From: a virus
DNA length: 40,055 nucleotides
IMG/VR virus record: IMGVR_UViG_3300025846_000006
Location: 1-40,055 of that record
Strand: one strand, 5' to 3'
How positions within the stretch are numbered: position 1 is the stretch's first letter; each line of letters opens with the position of its first letter. The notes under the pieces are model-generated. The model was not told the origin of the DNA. It ran no database searches and saw nothing but the letters and a program-made list of their open reading frames with translations. Shown in pieces: positions 17,205 to 24,273 of the stretch. The translations under genes and the position numbers were made by a program.

Positions 17205-17218
17205 CCCCAAGTCTGCTA
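17205..17218 (-). promoter_or_regulatory. Start-associated-like box TAGCAGACTTGGGG (exact) in the 31-nt gap before ATG 17195
   Basis: The coding strand reads TAAGGTAGGACTAGCAGACTTGGGGAGGCAACAAATG. Confidence 0.65.
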
Positions 17219-17226
17219 GTCCTACC

Positions 17227-18024
17227 TTACTTCTGGCGCATACTCTCGCCAATAAAATTGACCCAGCTTGCCATCTCCAAGAGCCGGTCGGTGATACGCT
17301 CGAATCCTGCCCGCTCCTTGAAGTCTTTCCAACTGAGATTCGTGGTCATGACGATTGGCAGTTCGCGCCCATACCGATATTCGACGACTTCCTCCATCTG
17401 CGCCAGGGCGAATGGCTCGACGTACTCTCGGCCGAAGTCATCCACGAAGAAGTACCGTGCGTCCTGATTGTCAATGGACCCTCCATTGTGCAGGGTTGTG
17501 AAGATGCCGGCCGAACGCCAGAAGGCGAAGAGACTCGCCCGGCGAAGGGAATGCTCGATATCCATGCACGCCCGTTCCGCAAGCATCCGGGCAAGATAGG
17601 CCATAGCTGTTGTCTTCCCTGTTCCTTTTGGTCCTGCCAGGATGATGGAGCTCGCCTTGTCCAATGTCGCCTTCTTTTGGATCAGGGCTGGGTCACAGTG
17701 GAGATATCGGGAGCCGTAGACGTCCTGAAAGGCTTTCATCACTTCGTCTGGCACGTTCGCGCGGCTGACGAGCGCTTTGTCCTGGTCCGCTTTGTCGAAC
17801 TGGACGTTATGCTCCCACTTTGGACATGCCGGGAGAAGAGCACACCAGTCCTTCCACGTCGAAGCGTTTGTCAGCTTCGCGTGCCAGAGGTCGGATGCCC
17901 CGACATAGGACGTCTGCCATTGAGTCAGATCATCAGTCAAACCTTCCTCGGCGTTACGAACGAGGCGGGCGAGGATCTCCTGTGTAGAGTCCTTGCGAAT
18001 TTCTGTTGTCTCAATCATGGACAT
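17227..18024 (-). CDS. DnaC/IstB-like AAA+ helicase loader
   Basis: Walker A is LAGPKGTGKTT and Walker B is YFFVDDFG. The start is ATG 18024 or 18018, overlapping the end of the organizer gene. Confidence 0.8.
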   Translation of the reverse strand: MSMIETTEIRKDSTQEILARLVRNAEEGLTDDLTQWQTSYVGASDLWHAKLTNASTWKDWCALLPACPKWEHNVQFDKADQDKALVSRANVPDEVMKAFQDVYGSRYLHCDPALIQKKATLDKASSIILAGPKGTGKTTAMAYLARMLAERACMDIEHSLRRASLFAFWRSAGIFTTLHNGGSIDNQDARYFFVDDFGREYVEPFALAQMEEVVEYRYGRELPIVMTTNLSWKDFKERAGFERITDRLLEMASWVNFIGESMRQK

Positions 18025-18850
18025 GGTCCTCAGCTCCGTCGAAGTCGTGTTCATTCGAGACAGATGTATGGCGTTGAAGGGTCTCACGTTTCGGAGGGTT
18101 AGTCAGATAGCTCTCGAACTTTGTACCGAACAAGGTCTCTGGCCTGAGATACGTCTGCATCTTCACATCGCCGTACCAGGCGAGGACCATGTTGTCGACG
18201 ACGGTCTTAAAGTTCTCCAGAGTGAAGCCTTCATGCCATCTTGCTCTGATCATTGCCTGTGTCTTGTCGGTCGAAGGTTTAAAGAGAGTGTGTGCCTTGG
18301 CGTTCAGATAGGCGATGATTTCAGGGTAGGGGATGGCGGGCGTTTTCTGCCCGACAATGGTTTTCTCTTTGGATAAGGATTCGGATAAGGATAAGGATAA
18401 GGATTCAGACGGCGGATTGTTGCAACTCGCCGCAACTCGCCGCAACTCGCCGCAACTCGCCGCCGATTGTACCAAGGTGTCGAGAGTAGCCGCAATGTGC
18501 TGCGCGTCGCTGCCATCTGCCGCAGGGAGCGGACACTTGTGACGCTTGTTGCGAACGCGCTGATGCTTCTCCCATTTGGACACCTGGAGATATTCTTTGC
18601 CTTCGGCCTGGTACAGGGTAATCAGGCCAACTCTAGCAAGGTCCAGCAGCCAGGTCTTCATATCTTCGACGGGTATTTTGCTGATGCGGAGAGGATAACA
18701 CCGTGCCAAGACAACGACCGGGCGAGCATCAGTACAGCCATAGTCGTCGACGACGACCAGCAATCGATAGAATAGGTTCTCTTGCGATGGACAGAGTTCG
18801 TCCAGGGTTTCAGATGTAAGGAGGGAATCACTGAGGATTCTATTCGACAT
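18011..18850 (-). CDS. Replisome organizer / DnaD-like replication initiation protein (phage TIGR02220-type C-terminus)
   Basis: The N-terminus is ..FYRLLVVVDDYG....GLITLYQAEGKEYLQVSKWEKHQRVR. The C-terminus is IIAYLNAKAHTLFKPSTDKTQAMIRARWHEGFTLENFKTVVDNMVLAWYGD..MQTYLRPETLFGTKFESYL. The start is ATG 18850 or GTG 18859. Confidence 0.8.
   Translation of the reverse strand: MSNRILSDSLLTSETLDELCPSQENLFYRLLVVVDDYGCTDARPVVVLARCYPLRISKIPVEDMKTWLLDLARVGLITLYQAEGKEYLQVSKWEKHQRVRNKRHKCPLPAADGSDAQHIAATLDTLVQSAASCGELRRVAASCNNPPSESLSLSLSESLSKEKTIVGQKTPAIPYPEIIAYLNAKAHTLFKPSTDKTQAMIRARWHEGFTLENFKTVVDNMVLAWYGDVKMQTYLRPETLFGTKFESYLTNPPKRETLQRHTSVSNEHDFDGAEDHVHD
18371..18406. repeat. Six tandem hexamers GGAT(A/T)(A/C) inside the organizer gene
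   Basis: ggataa ggattc ggataa ggataa ggataa ggattc. They encode SESLSLSLSESLS in the inter-domain linker. Confidence 0.85.
18422..18461. repeat. Four perfect tandem 10-bp repeats GCAACTCGCC inside the organizer gene (candidate origin iterons)
   Basis: The 10-bp unit is not a multiple of 3, so it is read in three frames (SCGELRRVAASC). The array is flanked by gattgt on both sides. Confidence 0.85.
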
Positions 18851-19061
18851 CGGGTTCACCGCGGCCTGGTGATCCGGATTCGAGGTCTTTCTGGTCAGCG
18901 ATCCACTTACGGACCCTGTCTTCCGGGAAGAGTTTCTGGCACAGGCGCATGAGTTCCTGACGCTCTGGACCAGAGAGGCTGGATTTCGCCGCCATGTCGA
19001 GGACGATATTTGGAATGAGAGTGCGCCCGCGTAGGGTCAATGGTGTCTTGCTCAGCTTCAT
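18840..19061 (-). CDS. Hypothetical protein, first gene of the replication operon
   Basis: 73 aa, with GGAGG-N6-ATG. Confidence 0.5.
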   Translation of the reverse strand: MKLSKTPLTLRGRTLIPNIVLDMAAKSSLSGPERQELMRLCQKLFPEDRVRKWIADQKDLESGSPGRGEPDVE

Positions 19062-19083
19062 CGCCTGCCTCCGCTATCTGACG

Positions 19084-19104
19084 GTGGCAAGGATGGCTTG
19101 CCAC
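19084..19104. promoter_or_regulatory. Perfect 8-bp inverted repeat GTGGCAAG-N5-CTTGCCAC in the operon leader (operator or RNA hairpin)
   Basis: It lies between the TTGACA-16-TATAGT promoter and ATG 19061. The half-site GGCAAGG recurs at 27294..27300 and, on the other strand, within 19341..19357. Confidence 0.5.
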
Positions 19105-19196
19105 ATGGGTGCTTCACATGGAACAGAGGGAAAAGGGGCCGTCCCCATGTGATGGCGTCGGTCAGTTGCAAGCTGGCCCAAGCCCCTTCCAATCGC

Positions 19197-19224
19197 ACTA
19201 TATCCACGTTTATTTGCATGTCAA
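19197..19224 (-). promoter_or_regulatory. Sigma-70-type promoter TTGACA-N16-TATAGT
   Basis: The -35 is plus tgtcaa (19219..19224) and the -10 is plus actata (19197..19202). It reads into 18840..19061. Confidence 0.55.
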
Positions 19225-19248
19225 GTGCCTATGGCAAAGCCCCGGTAG

Positions 19249-19262
19249 TAGCAGACTTGGGG
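19249..19262 (+). promoter_or_regulatory. Start-associated-like box TAGCAGACTTGGGG (exact), the only copy on the plus strand; no ORF follows
   Basis: GTAGCAGACTTGGGGTAAGCGA shares the GGGGTAAGCGA extension with the variant at 25909..25923. Confidence 0.55.
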
Positions 19263-19271
19263 TAAGCGACC

Positions 19272-19310
19272 ACCGAGGCTCCCCCAATTGTACAACATCC
19301 TCGGTTTTGT
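19272..19310 (+). terminator. Hairpin ACCGAGG-N20-CCTCGGT followed by TTTTG on the plus strand (weak terminator candidate; overlaps a minus-strand promoter)
   Basis: It has a 7-bp stem, a large loop containing the palindrome TTGTACAA, and a T-tract only on the plus strand. Confidence 0.3.
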
Positions 19311-19313
19311 CAA
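19287..19313 (-). promoter_or_regulatory. Second promoter candidate TTGACA-N15-TACAAT
   Basis: The -35 is plus tgtcaa (19308..19313) and the -10 is plus attgta (19287..19292). The spacer is short (15 nt). Confidence 0.4.
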
Positions 19314-19340
19314 GTGAGAGTTTTTTCATCTTGTGAGCAA

Positions 19341-19357
19341 GGCTCCTTGCCCCCTTG
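19341..19357. repeat. 17-nt element GGCTCCTTGCCCCCTTG, inverted copy of 27288..27304
   Basis: Exact reverse-complement identity with 27288..27304. Flanking similarity extends to about 35 nt. Confidence 0.8.
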
Positions 19358-19376
19358 GCTCCTAGGCGCTTAGGCA

Positions 19377-20183
19377 TCATGGCGTCTTGCCGTCAAGCGA
19401 TAGCATCGCCTTTGGGTACTGCTGGATCGTCTTACCATCCGGCCAGAAGTGTGACAGACTCTGCTTCTGGAACAAGGGGATACCATGCTGCAGTGCCTGA
19501 CTGCTAAGATCATAGACCCAGTCCGCCTTTGGCTGCCGGTTCTTTGACCCGGGTCCAGTCATCGCGCCGATCACCAACCAGTCGATGGTATCTCCCCAGT
19601 CCATGTACGGGGCAATGTCCTCGAGGAGGGGTTCTGCTGACGCCCAGGTATGCCAGCCTTCCTCATGGAGTGGCCACAGGTGATCGCGGAAGGTACTCGT
19701 GTCGTTTGCCGTGTCGAAGGTTGCACCCAGCCACCAGTTAGCATGGGGTTTGATCTTCTGCTGGTAGATGAACAGGCGCTCGTACCTCTCCGGGTTCTTG
19801 GTCAAAAACAAATACTGATGCTGCGGGGCTGCTTCACATGCCGCAAGCACCTGATTGATCCACTCGTCCGAGACCCAATCGCCGAACAAGTCGGCCATCG
19901 AGCAGACGAAGATGCGCGACGGCTTCTTGACCCACAACGGCTCACTCAGGCGGTAGCTGTGGAGCGTCGGAGCAAATCCATACTTCCATGCTCCGCCGTT
20001 GCCGACCATGTGTCTGATTTCGTGAAGGCCATTGCCCGGTTGGGTGCAATCGTCCCAGTTGTCAGTTTCCTTAGGAGTGAATCTCTGCGCCATTCGGCGG
20101 GCGTAGCAGTAGTCACAGCCGTGCTGACAGCCCGTAACCGGATTCCAGCTGTATTGCGCCCAGTCGATGCGTGTGCGGTTCAT
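19377..20183 (-). CDS. Gp37/Gp68 family protein (DUF5131, three-Cys motif)
   Basis: 268 aa. The N-terminus RIDWAQYSWNPVTGCQHGCDYCYARRMAQRF is the family signature. Confidence 0.8.
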   Translation of the reverse strand: MNRTRIDWAQYSWNPVTGCQHGCDYCYARRMAQRFTPKETDNWDDCTQPGNGLHEIRHMVGNGGAWKYGFAPTLHSYRLSEPLWVKKPSRIFVCSMADLFGDWVSDEWINQVLAACEAAPQHQYLFLTKNPERYERLFIYQQKIKPHANWWLGATFDTANDTSTFRDHLWPLHEEGWHTWASAEPLLEDIAPYMDWGDTIDWLVIGAMTGPGSKNRQPKADWVYDLSSQALQHGIPLFQKQSLSHFWPDGKTIQQYPKAMLSLDGKTP

Positions 20184-20416
20184 GGCTTCACCTTCGGTTC
20201 AATCGTTACCGTGCCACCATATGGGTACGCTTTCAGACACTCAGCAGTCCGCTGACGTCCGGAACGAACCTCGCTGTCCTTCAGTTCGGGATTGGTGCAA
20301 GCGTCCGGGCCCTCGTTCTCAGATGTGTGCTCGGCCCAGAACGGACATTGACCGTCTGGCCAGTTCTCGCACAGATCGCCACAAGGGATGCACGATTCTC
20401 TAATGAGTGATTTCAT
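20180..20416 (-). CDS. Small Cys-rich protein
   Basis: 78 aa, ATGA overlaps. Contains CIPCGDLCENWPDGQCPFW. Confidence 0.5.
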   Translation of the reverse strand: MKSLIRESCIPCGDLCENWPDGQCPFWAEHTSENEGPDACTNPELKDSEVRSGRQRTAECLKAYPYGGTVTIEPKVKP

Positions 20417-20550
20417 GTCCGTATCTCCATGGCGCGGTCAATAAATTGCTCGTCCGTCGTTGAATTTGCGACAAGTTCTAAACGCTTCAACTGGTTCGCA
20501 ATCTTTAACTGTTCGAGAATCTGTACTAGAAGCTGTTCGAGTATCCTCAT
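20413..20550 (-). CDS. Small helical protein
   Basis: 45 aa counted from ATG 20550 (ATGA overlap). The sequence is MRILEQLLVQILEQLKIANQLKRLELV. Confidence 0.4.
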   Translation of the reverse strand: MRILEQLLVQILEQLKIANQLKRLELVANSTTDEQFIDRAMEIRT

Positions 20551-20726
20551 TTCCCCTTCTTCAGTGAGCACCATTTCGGGGCTTCCGTTGCTGCCATGAC
20601 TGCCTTGGTTGCGCCCGCCACGACCACTTTGTCGCTGCTCGCCTGACAACACAGTTCAGACTTCAGAATGTTTTCGCCAATAGCACAATAGACAAGACCG
20701 TGTTTGCTGCAATCAATGCACTTCAC
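20547..20726 (-). CDS. Small Cys-rich protein
   Basis: 59 aa counted from GTG 20726 (AAGGAGG-N6-GTG). The sequence is VKCIDCSKHGLVYC...LCC. Confidence 0.5.
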   Translation of the reverse strand: MKCIDCSKHGLVYCAIGENILKSELCCQASSDKVVVAGATKAVMAATEAPKWCSLKKGK

Positions 20727-21051
20727 TGTCGGCCTCCTTCGGGGCTGGTTCAATGGAAAGGCCAGTATTGCAATGGCGGTTCACAATGTCTTGCCGCGTC
20801 AGTTCATCAACCGGGATATGCAACCTGTCGAACTCGGCAAGAATCCTTCCTGGCGTTCCTTCGCCAACGATATGCAAAAAGTATTCAATCCAACAATGGA
20901 ACAATGCTCCTACCAATCGAGCGTTGTCCCCACTCACGGTTTTGTAGAACTCATGTGTAGCGGCGGACGCTCCTTTCATCACGCCGTCTTTGACAAAGTA
21001 CCAATCTGATTTTGGCAATGGACGTTCGTCGGCATATTTCCTGCTGCTCAT
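20713..21051 (-). CDS. Hypothetical protein
   Basis: 112 aa, ATGA overlap upstream. Confidence 0.55.
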   Translation of the reverse strand: MSSRKYADERPLPKSDWYFVKDGVMKGASAATHEFYKTVSGDNARLVGALFHCWIEYFLHIVGEGTPGRILAEFDRLHIPVDELTRQDIVNRHCNTGLSIEPAPKEADSEVH

Positions 21052-21338
21052 TTCCCTTCCTCCTTCACCTTGCGCTCGTAGTACCTAATCTGCCGCTGGA
21101 AGCGACGAATATCAGTACGGATGTTCTTCTGCTGCAACGCAGACTGGTACAATGGCTGTGGGAGCTTCGCCTTGTCTTCTTTGAGCCACCGCCTCACCGC
21201 TCTCAGCCGACTCGCGTATATGGTCTTTTTGTCGAATCCACCGCAGCAGTTGCACTTGACGCAAATCTCGCCATACGAGTCGTAGAGGTTCCAGCAGTGC
21301 TTATCGACCTGCTGGTCAAGGAAGATGTGGCCGTTCAC
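21048..21338 (-). CDS. Cys-rich protein with a basic helical C-terminus
   Basis: 96 aa counted from GTG 21338 (GTGA overlap). Contains HCWNLYDSYGEICVKCNCCGG. Confidence 0.5.
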   Translation of the reverse strand: MNGHIFLDQQVDKHCWNLYDSYGEICVKCNCCGGFDKKTIYASRLRAVRRWLKEDKAKLPQPLYQSALQQKNIRTDIRRFQRQIRYYERKVKEEGK

Positions 21339-21682
21339 TTTGGCACCTCTCCTATTGGCAATCGTACAACATTCACGCAACCTGCGCTGTCAATACAGTC
21401 GCCAAATCTCCAGTGCAATTCTTCTCCATTGTCTCTGCATAAACAGCAGTTGCTACAACTGCGAAACTTACCAGCACGACAGCCATCGCAGAGTTTGCCA
21501 CAATGACCGAGGCTACCCAGTGTGCATCCGCAATCATCGCCATTCGAGAGTCCGTCGAGGTTGTTTCGTGTCAGAAAATCGACGACTTCTGTCTTCAGCT
21601 GCTCTTGACTATCACACTCCCGGCCAGCGAGTTTTGCCAGCATCCAGATATCTGTCACACTGACTGCTACGGCGCCCGTCAT
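21335..21682 (-). CDS. Cys-rich protein
   Basis: 115 aa, ATGA overlap. Contains DDCGCTLGSLGHCGKLCDGCRAGKFRSCSNCCLCRDNGE. Confidence 0.55.
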   Translation of the reverse strand: MTGAVAVSVTDIWMLAKLAGRECDSQEQLKTEVVDFLTRNNLDGLSNGDDCGCTLGSLGHCGKLCDGCRAGKFRSCSNCCLCRDNGEELHWRFGDCIDSAGCVNVVRLPIGEVPK

Positions 21683-21936
21683 GACGTCACCCTCTCCTGC
21701 TGCACTTGCTCGCCCACGGACATGAAGTCGGCGGGGGCGTCAGCGTCGCTCATGTTGTTGTAGACGAGATCAGACAGCGACATGATCGTGACCTTCTTAA
21801 CCCCGCAGCTTCCAGCCCGCAACGCTTTGACCATGACACAGCCGCCGCCTGTCTGGATCACTTTGCCGTGCGATAGATGCCCTGGATACCTCGTACTCCA
21901 AAAGCCGACACGATCGCCTACCTTCGGCTCGATCAT
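21679..21936 (-). CDS. Hypothetical protein
   Basis: 85 aa, ATGA overlaps. Confidence 0.5.
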   Translation of the reverse strand: MIEPKVGDRVGFWSTRYPGHLSHGKVIQTGGGCVMVKALRAGSCGVKKVTIMSLSDLVYNNMSDADAPADFMSVGEQVQQERVTS

Positions 21937-22451
21937 GACTGCCTCCGTTCTGCCTCGCGTTCCTCGAATGTCTTCCCAGTCTCGAAGTACCGGTCTATGA
22001 GAAACTGCTCTGGCCGTTCTTTTACGCGAGACTTGATCTTTGGTTCCGGAGGAGGCGCGTTAAAATTCCCTTGATATAGGCTCTCGAACTCTTCGCGTGT
22101 CATGTCGGGCTTCTTCCACTCTTCGTCAATCCCGCACAGTTCTCGCGTGACACTCACTTTCGTGTCGAACTGACGGTCGACGAACTGCCCCGGCGTGGTT
22201 TCCAGCGAGGCGACCAGCGGACGCCAAGCTACCAGGAGGTCAATGCAGTGAGCCAAGGACTCGGTTGCGTGACTGAGTTGTTCTTTCACCGCCGGCAGCC
22301 GGTGACTGTAGCCGCCCGCCGCGTGGAACTTGCGAGCTAGAGCTACCGCCTCGTCTCTGGCACTGATGAGTTCTGCTGTACGCGTCTCGGCATATACCAG
22401 TGCCTTGTACTCCGTCTCCTGCATGATCACGAGCTTGCCCAGGCGCTTCAC
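21933..22451 (-). CDS. Hypothetical protein
   Basis: 172 aa. The GTG start overlaps the upstream stop (GTGA). Confidence 0.55.
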   Translation of the reverse strand: MKRLGKLVIMQETEYKALVYAETRTAELISARDEAVALARKFHAAGGYSHRLPAVKEQLSHATESLAHCIDLLVAWRPLVASLETTPGQFVDRQFDTKVSVTRELCGIDEEWKKPDMTREEFESLYQGNFNAPPPEPKIKSRVKERPEQFLIDRYFETGKTFEEREAERRQS

Positions 22452-22732
22452 CGGGACCTCACGAGATCACCACAGTCGTCGTCTTGTAGCTTGGGTGGCA
22501 GTGGGTCCGGGTTGATATGCGTGATTAGTTTCTGCCGATCTCGATAGATACGGGCAGGACGAGCGGCGATGTCCTGCTGTCGTAATAACAACCCTTGCGG
22601 GCTTACAACCTCCCTTTGAGCGCCGATGAGCGTTCGAACGTCCTCTCTGGCCTGGTCAAGCTGTCCGGCCTTGTAAGCGTCTGAGACCATCTTGCGAACG
22701 AGGAACCGAGGAATCATCAACGGAAGATCCAT
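22448..22732 (-). CDS. Hypothetical protein
   Basis: 94 aa counted from ATG 22732, preceded by CACTTGGGAGG-N6 (a partial start-associated box). Confidence 0.5.
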   Translation of the reverse strand: MDLPLMIPRFLVRKMVSDAYKAGQLDQAREDVRTLIGAQREVVSPQGLLLRQQDIAARPARIYRDRQKLITHINPDPLPPKLQDDDCGDLVRSR

Positions 22733-22733
22733 G

Positions 22734-23090
22734 TCAGGCCTCCCAAGTGAGACACACGACACGGTCGCCGTCAAAGATGTTCGCGTCAAGCTGTGCCCTT
22801 TCCCACGCATAGTCGTCAGAGAAAGCCGCAGTCAGCTCTCCTTTCTTGTTGACCACGCCCCACCCCTTATGCTTCGTGGGGACGAGCATGAGGTTTTGGT
22901 TTGTGTTGAACTCTTGCATCCCGCACGCATCCCAAGTCCCCACATGCTCATCGCCATTCTTGTCTGTCACCAAACCGAGAACTGGCCACCTTAAACCTCG
23001 ATCCACACACAGAATCCTCACGGGCTGGCTTGGATGATTTGTATCTCCGCGGGTCTGGTACTTGCCATCCATCGTAATCAGGCTAGCCAT
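22734..23090 (-). CDS. Hypothetical protein
   Basis: 118 aa counted from ATG 23090, overlapping the end of 23083..23334. Confidence 0.5.
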   Translation of the reverse strand: MASLITMDGKYQTRGDTNHPSQPVRILCVDRGLRWPVLGLVTDKNGDEHVGTWDACGMQEFNTNQNLMLVPTKHKGWGVVNKKGELTAAFSDDYAWERAQLDANIFDGDRVVCLTWEA

Positions 23091-23334
23091 TGCTCTTGAC
23101 CTCAGACTCGTCCGGACATTCATCCAGCAATCGATCAAGGATGACGTCAACTGGTTCAGCATGTTCCGCCTCGAGCGTCTCAGTGAGTTTCTTATTCCGC
23201 TGAATCTCAGCGACGTAGCAATCATGCAAATGTCGTATTGTGAACTCGTACCGGTCCTGTGTCCTGACATGTTCGATGACTGCGCCACAGAAGGCCGCGA
23301 TGATCAGGGCAACGAGGATGATCCAGGGGTTCAC
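23083..23334 (-). CDS. Small membrane protein (one N-terminal TM)
   Basis: 83 aa, GTG start. The TM segment is WIILVALIIAAFCGAVI. Confidence 0.5.
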   Translation of the reverse strand: MNPWIILVALIIAAFCGAVIEHVRTQDRYEFTIRHLHDCYVAEIQRNKKLTETLEAEHAEPVDVILDRLLDECPDESEVKSNG

Positions 23335-24218
23335 TAGAACCTCTCCGCAAATGCTCTCGCATCTGTGTCAGCTGCTTCTTTCGTGTGCTTTGCCAGTTCA
23401 ACGGCGAACTCAGGAGAGACACCATTCGGGACCTCGCCCTTTCCGAGAGTCAGTACCATATCGCAGACCTCATTCAGCAGAGCAGTCCCCGCGTCATAGG
23501 TCATCGTCGACAGAGAAGTGCAGTCAGGATCGTACTTCTTCGCCATTGCGCCGAGCTCGACGGGTGTCAGCTTCAGGAACTCTTGACCCTGTTTGACAAG
23601 GACCATCGTGCCATCGTCGATTGCCTTGACTGCTTCGGTTGGAGCTTCGCCCGTATCAGAGGTCACCACACAGGCAAGAGCCAGTCCGCTCATACTGATC
23701 GTCAGGCGGCGCTTCGCCTTTGTCTCGCACTTCATCATGGCATTGGACAGGTCCTCACCGTGCATGGGGCTGAACGTGCCATCGCCCTTGAAGTAGGATT
23801 TGCCCTCGGCGTTCTTGACCCACGATCCGTTCTCTTTCATAATCGGTACGGATGCAGACGCCTCGTCGAGCCGTTCATCGGCGATGCTCCCAAGTTTGCC
23901 CTGGACCATGACGGTGTAGACGCCATTTTCCTTGTCGGTCTCACGCTTCAGGACCTTCACCGACATCCCCTTGGCCGAGCGAATCTGGTCAAACGCTTCA
24001 GCCCTGGCATAGAGCACGAGCTTCTTGCCCCCGTCGCCCTTCATGGTCAGATACTCAAACGGCTTTGCCAGTGGATTCAGCCCTGCGCTATCACACATCC
24101 TGCGGTAATATGCCAGACGCTGGCTCACGTTTAATCCCGAAAGGTCTCCCTGGAGCAGAACCGTTTCGAGCGTCTTAGCGTCGATCTCAGTGCCAGTTGT
24201 TGCAATGTCTTTGTCCAT
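23334..24218 (-). CDS. RecT/Red-beta superfamily single-strand annealing protein (tentative)
   Basis: 294 aa counted from ATG 24218. LNVSQRLAYYRRMCDSAGLNPLAKPFEYL....KLVLYARAEAFDQI parallels the lambda Bet segment (..AQF..L....NQYGLNPWTKEIYAF). AMMKCETKAKRRLTISMSGLA parallels the conserved C-terminal helix. Confidence 0.6.
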   Translation of the reverse strand: MDKDIATTGTEIDAKTLETVLLQGDLSGLNVSQRLAYYRRMCDSAGLNPLAKPFEYLTMKGDGGKKLVLYARAEAFDQIRSAKGMSVKVLKRETDKENGVYTVMVQGKLGSIADERLDEASASVPIMKENGSWVKNAEGKSYFKGDGTFSPMHGEDLSNAMMKCETKAKRRLTISMSGLALACVVTSDTGEAPTEAVKAIDDGTMVLVKQGQEFLKLTPVELGAMAKKYDPDCTSLSTMTYDAGTALLNEVCDMVLTLGKGEVPNGVSPEFAVELAKHTKEAADTDARAFAERF

Positions 24219-24227
24219 GTAATTTCT

Positions 24228-24241
24228 CCCCAAGTCCGCTA
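24228..24241 (-). promoter_or_regulatory. Start-associated-like box variant TAGCGGACTTGGGG, 9 nt from ATG 24218
   Basis: The coding strand reads CAGAGCCAGGAGCTCTGAGATTAGCGGACTTGGGGAGAAATTACATG. The hairpin at 24246..24262 lies directly upstream. Confidence 0.6.
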
Positions 24242-24273
24242 ATCTCAGAGCTCCTGGCTCTGACTTGTCGTGC

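Noticed and set aside
18371-18461. Tandem short repeats that could be mistaken for a CRISPR array.
   Set aside because: The units are 6 and 10 bp, contiguous without spacers, and lie inside an intact coding frame. They are better explained as linker repeats or iterons.
19109-19336. A 75-aa plus-strand ORF in the 19-kb intergenic hub, which might be driven by the inverted box.
   Set aside because: Its start lies about 140 nt upstream of the box and has no SD. It overlaps promoter and terminator-like elements, and its composition is not protein-like.
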